Positions 59,229-64,000 of a stretch of DNA of 64,000 nucleotides are shown here, piece by piece (positions within the stretch are counted from its first letter, which is position 1; every line of letters begins with the position of its first letter). The notes below the pieces were generated by a model. That model searched no databases and was not told the origin of the DNA. It worked only from the letters and a program-made list of their open reading frames with translations. Position numbers and translations under genes: made by a program. Source of the DNA: Alkalispirochaeta sp. (lineage in GTDB: Bacteria; Spirochaetota; Spirochaetia; DSM-27196; Alkalispirochaetaceae); the NCBI GenBank assembly GCA_965242725.1, contig CBDESZ010000009.1, forward strand, positions 12,096 through 76,095, in the 5' to 3' direction.

Positions 59229-60576
59229 ATGGGTTTAATAATCGTCATAGTCGTGCTTGGCCTCGGCATCGGGTTTACTACGTTCTATATCGTCAGAAAC
59301 ATGGTCGCCCCGAAGAAAATAGCCCGGGTTGAGCAACTTCTCAAGCAAAACAAGAATGCAGCAGCGATCAAACTGGCCAAACAGCTTCTCGCCAGGGAGC
59401 AACGGAATCCTGAACTCTATTACCTCCTCGGGAAAGCATACAGTCAGGACGGTAAGCCGGAACTCGCCCTCATGGAGTACAAAACGGTCAATCAGATCGG
59501 GATTTTTTGACGGAACGGTGCCGGAGATCCCCTTTCGCCGGGAGATTGCCGGTCTCTTCATGCGTTTCAATCAGCCCGATGAGGCGCTCAAGGAGTATCT
59601 CCTCCTTCTGCAGAAGGATCCCAACACTGCAGAAAACTACTTCCAGGTAGGGATGCTCTTCGAGTCCCGGAACAAGGCGGCAAAGGCGGTTGGATATTAT
59701 CGCAAGGCGATTCAGCTCCAGCGGGGGCACGGCCGTGCCTACTTGCGACTTGGCCTCCTCCTGTATCGCGCGAAGAAGCCGACTGAGGCAAAGCAATTCC
59801 TGGAAAAGGCGCTCCGCTACGTTCCCGACGCCTATGAGGCGTACTACTACCTCGGCCGGATTGAAAAGGAAAACAAGGATTACAACGCCGCACTGCAGGC
59901 ATTTGAATGGGCAACCAAATCGGCGGAGTTCAAGTCAAAAGCGCTCATCGAACGCGGTACCAGTTACATGGAAATGAACGACATCGAGCGTGCGGTCGGC
60001 GAGCTTGAGCGGGCGATATCCCACGTTAAAGCTCCTGATGCCGGGGACGCCCTCTGGGCGCACTATTTTCTCGCCTCCTGCTATGAACGGCTTCGCAAGA
60101 TCGAACGGGCCATTGAACACTGGGAAGCGGTGTACAAGGCAAAACCGGGATTCCAGGACGTTGCGGAAAAGCTCTCCCAGTACCAGGATCTGCGACAGGA
60201 CGACGTGGTGAAGGATTTCCTCACGGCGTCACAGAACGACTTCAGATCGATGTGCGAGCGCGCCGTCACCGCCATGGGATTTACCGTGCAGTCAATGGCC
60301 GATGAACCGGATGGCGCCAAGATCATTGCCGTGGAAACAAAAACGAACTGGCGCAACACAAAGGCGATGCCCCGGCTCATTCGTTTTGTCCGGGTCGCGG
60401 AATTGATTGATGAGGGCGACGGTACGGGAAACTCAGGAAGAGATGAAAAGTCAGAATATAAACCGCGCCGCATTGTGGCGAGCACGAATTTCTCACGCAT
60501 GGCCATCGACTACGCCGAATCCCGGCCGATCGAGCTGCTGAATAAGGATGTGCTCCAGAAGCTTCTGAAGGCGTAA
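59229..60576 (+). CDS. Membrane-anchored TPR protein with C-terminal Mrr-like (restriction-endonuclease-fold) domain; apparent frameshifts near 59505, 60415 and 60470
   Basis: TM segment plus TPRs. The T6 run at 59503-59508 joins ORF 59229..59510 to ORF 59329..60576. C-terminus IVASTNFSRMAIDYAESRPIELLNKDVLQKLL resembles the end of Mrr_cat. Confidence 0.72.
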
Positions 60577-60578
60577 TT

Positions 60579-61267
60579 GTGAAACTTCTTTGTGTCGCAG
60601 ACCACATCGACCCGCTCGTCTACAGTGCGGCGGTGAAAAACCGTTTCCACGATGTCGATGTCGTCCTGAGCGCCGGAGATCTCCCGATGGAATACCTGGG
60701 GTTTATCGCGTCAAGCCTCAACCGTCCCGTCGGATTTGTCTTTGGAAATCACAACCTGAAGACACTTTCCCTTTCAGAAAGGGGCACGGTCAGCTCCTGG
60801 ATCCGACGAGCATTCAATCCCAGATTCGCAACTACTACGGTGCAACCTACCTCGAAGACCGTGTCCGGAATGTGGCGGGTCTCCTCATTTGCGGCCTCGG
60901 CGGCAGCATGCGATACAACGACGGGGAACACCAGTTTACGGAGTTCCAAATGTACCTCCGCATGTTCAGGCTCATACCGCGGCTGCTGTGGAATCGCCTG
61001 GTACACCGACGCTACCTGGACATTCTGTTGACCCATGCGCCCCCGAGGGGAATCCATGACAAACCGGACCTGTGCCATACCGGATTTAAAAGTCTGCTCT
61101 GGTTTATGAAGATATTCAAACCGAGATATCTTCTTCATGGACACATTCACCTGTACGATCTCAATGCCAGGAGAAGCACCCGATATCGGGATACGGAAGT
61201 CATCAATGTGTACGACCACTTCGTACTTCACGTGGAAGGGAACCATGAAAGGGATTCTGGAATCTGA
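60579..61267 (+). CDS. Calcineurin-like metallophosphoesterase; apparent frameshift near 60772
   Basis: VADH, SAGDL and VFGNH in one frame; LLTHAPP and LHGHIH in the next. The frames join if one T is added to CCCTTTCAG. Confidence 0.8.
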
Positions 61268-62146
61268 AGCCCGGGACGATTTCAACAAAGCGCGGGCCGG
61301 AGCGTTCTTCTCCGAGCTGTTTCACCTCTTTACACCGGCAAGACAGCACCTCCTCTCCCTACACGAGGTAAAGGAGGTTCTGAAACCGCGGGGGGAGACG
61401 TACCGGGGTATGCAGACGGTCCCGATAGACCGCATCGTCGGCAGTGAAGGACGGTATCGGGACTTCAATAAGAGTTTTCTCCCCCGTCATGAGTACCTGC
61501 GAAATCGATGGCAGCGGGTGGATATGGCTCATCTGACGGACGTGATCCTCCCACCTATAAAGCTCTACGAAATCGGCGGTGTCTATTTCGTCAGGGACGG
61601 CAACCACCGCGTCTCCGTCGCCAAAGCGCAGGGGGTACTCGCCATCGACGCCGAGGTGGTCACCCTTGATACGGAAATTCCCCTCCGTGAAGCGATGACG
61701 CGACGGGATCTTGAGAACGCGGTTATCGAACATGAGCGAGATCGGTTTTTTGAGCGCTTTCAGATAGCCCGGATTCTCCGGGAGAAGACTTTCCCGTCAC
61801 CTCGCCGGGACGGTACGACGAGCTGGCGCAGCATATTTTCGGACACAAATATTTTCTGAATGAATACCGCACGGTGGAAATTCCGCTGGAGGAGGCGATT
61901 CAGAGCTGGTATCGAAACGTATACCGCCCTATTGTCGACGCCATTACCCAACGCCGAATCATGGGCCGTTTTTCCGGACGTACGACAACGGACCTCTACC
62001 TCTGGATCGTGAAACACTGGGACGAGCTAAAATCACGCTACGGTCAGGATTTCTCGGTACATGACGCCGTTGCGGACTACACGTCCCGATACGGCAAGGG
62101 TTTTTTCGTCCGAATGTGGGAGCGACTGCGGCGTCTCTTCCGCTGA
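61245..62146 (+). CDS. ParB/Srx-like domain protein (DUF4032-like); apparent frameshift near 61780
   Basis: IVGSEGRYRDF, LPPIKLYEIGGVYFVRDGNHRVSVA (ParB/Srx-type DGxHR). Continues in a shifted frame as GRYDELAQHIFGHKYFL...DLYLWIVKHW. Confidence 0.75.
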
Positions 62147-62153
62147 CGGCCCA

Positions 62154-62868
62154 TTACCACGGTCCCGACACCCGCCAGAGGTAGCGATTGTGCTGCGTCA
62201 GAAGCCACAGCGGTCGATCCGTCCCGGTCAGTTCCGCCGGTGATTCTCCCGATCCCGACGGGACAAAGCGATACAGTTCGGCCTCGCCCGCGGCCCGCGG
62301 GGCGGCCCCGTTTCCCGCCGCCCCGGATTCACCGAAAAAGAAGAATACCTCCTCAACTCCTTCGCCGGACGGAGGCACGATACTGCGAGTACTGTCCCCA
62401 CCCTCCATTTCGATACGGACAAATTGGTCCCGACGGGATGGTGATATCGTCATGGGTACCGACACCGTCTGTATTCCCGCTCGTCCGGAAAGATCTTCCA
62501 CCTCGATGTGATAGGCGCCGCGGGGTACGACCGAACGACCGTCCAGGGGGAGAAGGTCAAATCCGAACCAGCGCTGACCGTCACGGTCGCTACGGCGGGC
62601 ATTCGCCGCATTGAGTTCCCAGGAGAAAGCCGGAATTTTCATGGGTGACCGATATCCGTGATATTTCCTCATTCCCGTCGGCATCGAACACGTCGACCCG
62701 CAGCTGGAGGTACTCCGAGATGTGCCCCGTTTCCGGCGCATAGGAAGCGATTACTCGCATGTCGGTCTGCATGATTTCCGGCTCCGCCGTACTGCATCCG
62801 CCGAGCAGGATTGTCCACGGAGCGGACAAAAGGAGAAGGACCGTAGAAAGTACGTGGTGAAAGGTCAC
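62154..62868 (-). CDS. Hypothetical lipoprotein; apparent frameshift near 62627
   Basis: GTG start after GGGAG, hydrophobic signal with lipobox LGGC. Joins ORF 62154..62741 if one T is removed. Confidence 0.6.
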
Positions 62869-62884
62869 GACGCTCCCTGAAGAC

Positions 62885-62910
62885 AAAAAAAACGCCCGTT
62901 TCCGGGCGTA
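62885..62910 (-). terminator. Intrinsic terminator after rpsU
   Basis: ACGCCCG-GAAA-CGGGCGT stem running into a T8 tract on the minus strand. Confidence 0.88.
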
Positions 62911-62932
62911 TTTCATGGTGGCGAACCACCGC

Positions 62933-63142
62933 TCAGTAAGATTTTGACGCATTTGCCTTGCGGATCTTCTTTTGAATCTTCCGCTGCAGCGCTTTCTTTT
63001 TCCGATTCTTGATCGTCGACGGCTTTTCAAAGTACTCCCGCTTCTTCCACTCGCGGATAATACCTTCTTTCTCTACAAGCCGCTTAAAACGTTTGATCGA
63101 TCGCTCGAGGTTTTCCCCGTCGTCGACTTTTACAAAGGCGAT
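62933..63142 (-). CDS. rpsU: 30S ribosomal protein S21 (ATC start; absent from ORF track)
   Basis: Manual translation: (M)[70 protein letters not shown]-like GGGGGTGA upstream, terminator downstream. Confidence 0.95.
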   Translation of the reverse strand: MAFVKVDDGENLERSIKRFKRLVEKEGIIREWKKREYFEKPSTIKNRKKKALQRKIQKKIRKANASKSY

Positions 63143-63162
63143 AAAATCACCCCCTTCCGTGT

Positions 63163-64000
63163 TTAAGGTGACTGCAATAATGACCCGCGGATCACGGATA
63201 TGTCAAGGTGGGGAGCCCGTATCACCTGCTCGGGATCGACGGCAACACCGGAAACTCGCAGCTCCCAGTGTAAATGGGGCCCTGTTGAAAGACCCGTAGA
63301 CCCGACCGTCCCGATCCGCTCTCCCTGCTCCACGATGTCATTGACGGCCACATCCACCGTGTCGAGGTGGTAATAGAGGGAATAGACCGCCGGCAGGTGT
63401 TCAATGACCACCGTTCCGCCGGTGACGATACGATTGGTTGCCATGACGACGCGACCGCGGCCGGCGGCACCGACGGGTGTCCCTGTCGGCGCGGCCAAAT
63501 CGACACCGTTGTGAAGGCCCCGCTCGGTATCGCCGTCGGCGTAGGCAAAAATCCGCCGGTCGCCGTATCGGGAGGTATATCTGAAACTGGAAAGGGGTGG
63601 AAATGAATCGACCCGTATGGTATCGCCCTTCCAGGTCGGTGGTGTGAATGAGATTCCACAGAATTCGCGACTCCTCCACCTTTTGCGCGTCTTCTTCCGT
63701 ACGAAGGTCACTCATGGCACCGTTCAGCGGGATCGTCTCGGATATGAACGTCCGGCGGGCTACGGTAAAGGATCCGTAATATTTACGGGTCTCCCCGATA
63801 CCCCCTCCGGAAACCGTGGCCACCCGGGGGTGAACGGTGACCCGTATTGCTCCTTCTCCCGTTGAGGCGGTACTAGGAATGCCGAAGAGAAGGAGCCACA
63901 GCTGTCCGGGACCGCCTCCCACCTGCCACCCATGGGCGGTATACACGCTTCCGTCGGGCAATTCCACCTCTCCCTGTACCGATGCAGTTCCGGGAACGCG
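63163..64000 (-). CDS. M23-family peptidase (3' part; starts beyond window); apparent frameshift near 63602
   Basis: [40 protein letters not shown]. The upstream part lies in ORF 63401..63967. Confidence 0.85.

Noticed and set aside
62590..63030. 146-aa basic ORF read as a single gene
   Set aside because: Its first third is an off-frame reading of rpsU and its terminator; only the part from GTG 62868 belongs to the lipoprotein.
58363..64000. Calling the frameshifted genes pseudogenes or programmed frameshift sites
   Set aside because: Motifs are intact, I saw no nonsense codons or slippery-heptamer-plus-structure signals, and the tight clustering points to sequence error.
1..64000. Mobile elements, prophage, rRNA or tRNA
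   Set aside because: I recognised no transposase, integrase or phage genes and no tRNA-like sequence in the short intergenic gaps. Composition looks uniform by eye apart from promoter tracts.

Overview
This is a GC-rich, gene-dense chromosomal segment, most likely from a free-living spirochaete (Spirochaetota). The assignment is inferred from the murG-cvpA-holB-like-HK-NtrC gene order, the murC-yicC-cmk order and the S21 sequence. Most genes are housekeeping or metabolic: ppdK, an RpoS-like sigma factor, groES, a JAB-DinG helicase, uvrB, an HtrA protease, rnhA, cysK/metY, an M16 peptidase, an RND efflux pump, ptsP and a buk-2-oxoacid oxidoreductase-ptb operon. I saw no rRNA, tRNA, CRISPR array, transposase or prophage. 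Main observations: (1) a consensus sigma54 promoter precedes the RpoS-like sigma gene, about 5 kb from an Hk2/Rrp2-like two-component pair, suggesting a Borrelia-style RpoN-to-RpoS cascade. (2) At least seven genes share an exact TAnnnT-N6-start architecture typical of leaderless mRNA. (3) rpsU, missed by the ORF track, starts at ATC, and a WecA/MraY-family gene probably starts at ATT. (4) A 1250-aa membrane protein carries a hierarchical acidic tripeptide-periodic repeat. (5) An uncharacterised three-gene unit combines a membrane TPR protein with an Mrr-like domain, a metallophosphoesterase and a ParB/Srx-like protein. (6) A sigma54 promoter and three tandem candidate activator sites precede buk. 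The last ~5 kb holds about eight frameshifts, mostly in homopolymers, which are probably sequencing or assembly errors. All calls come from motif recognition by eye; no searches were run.
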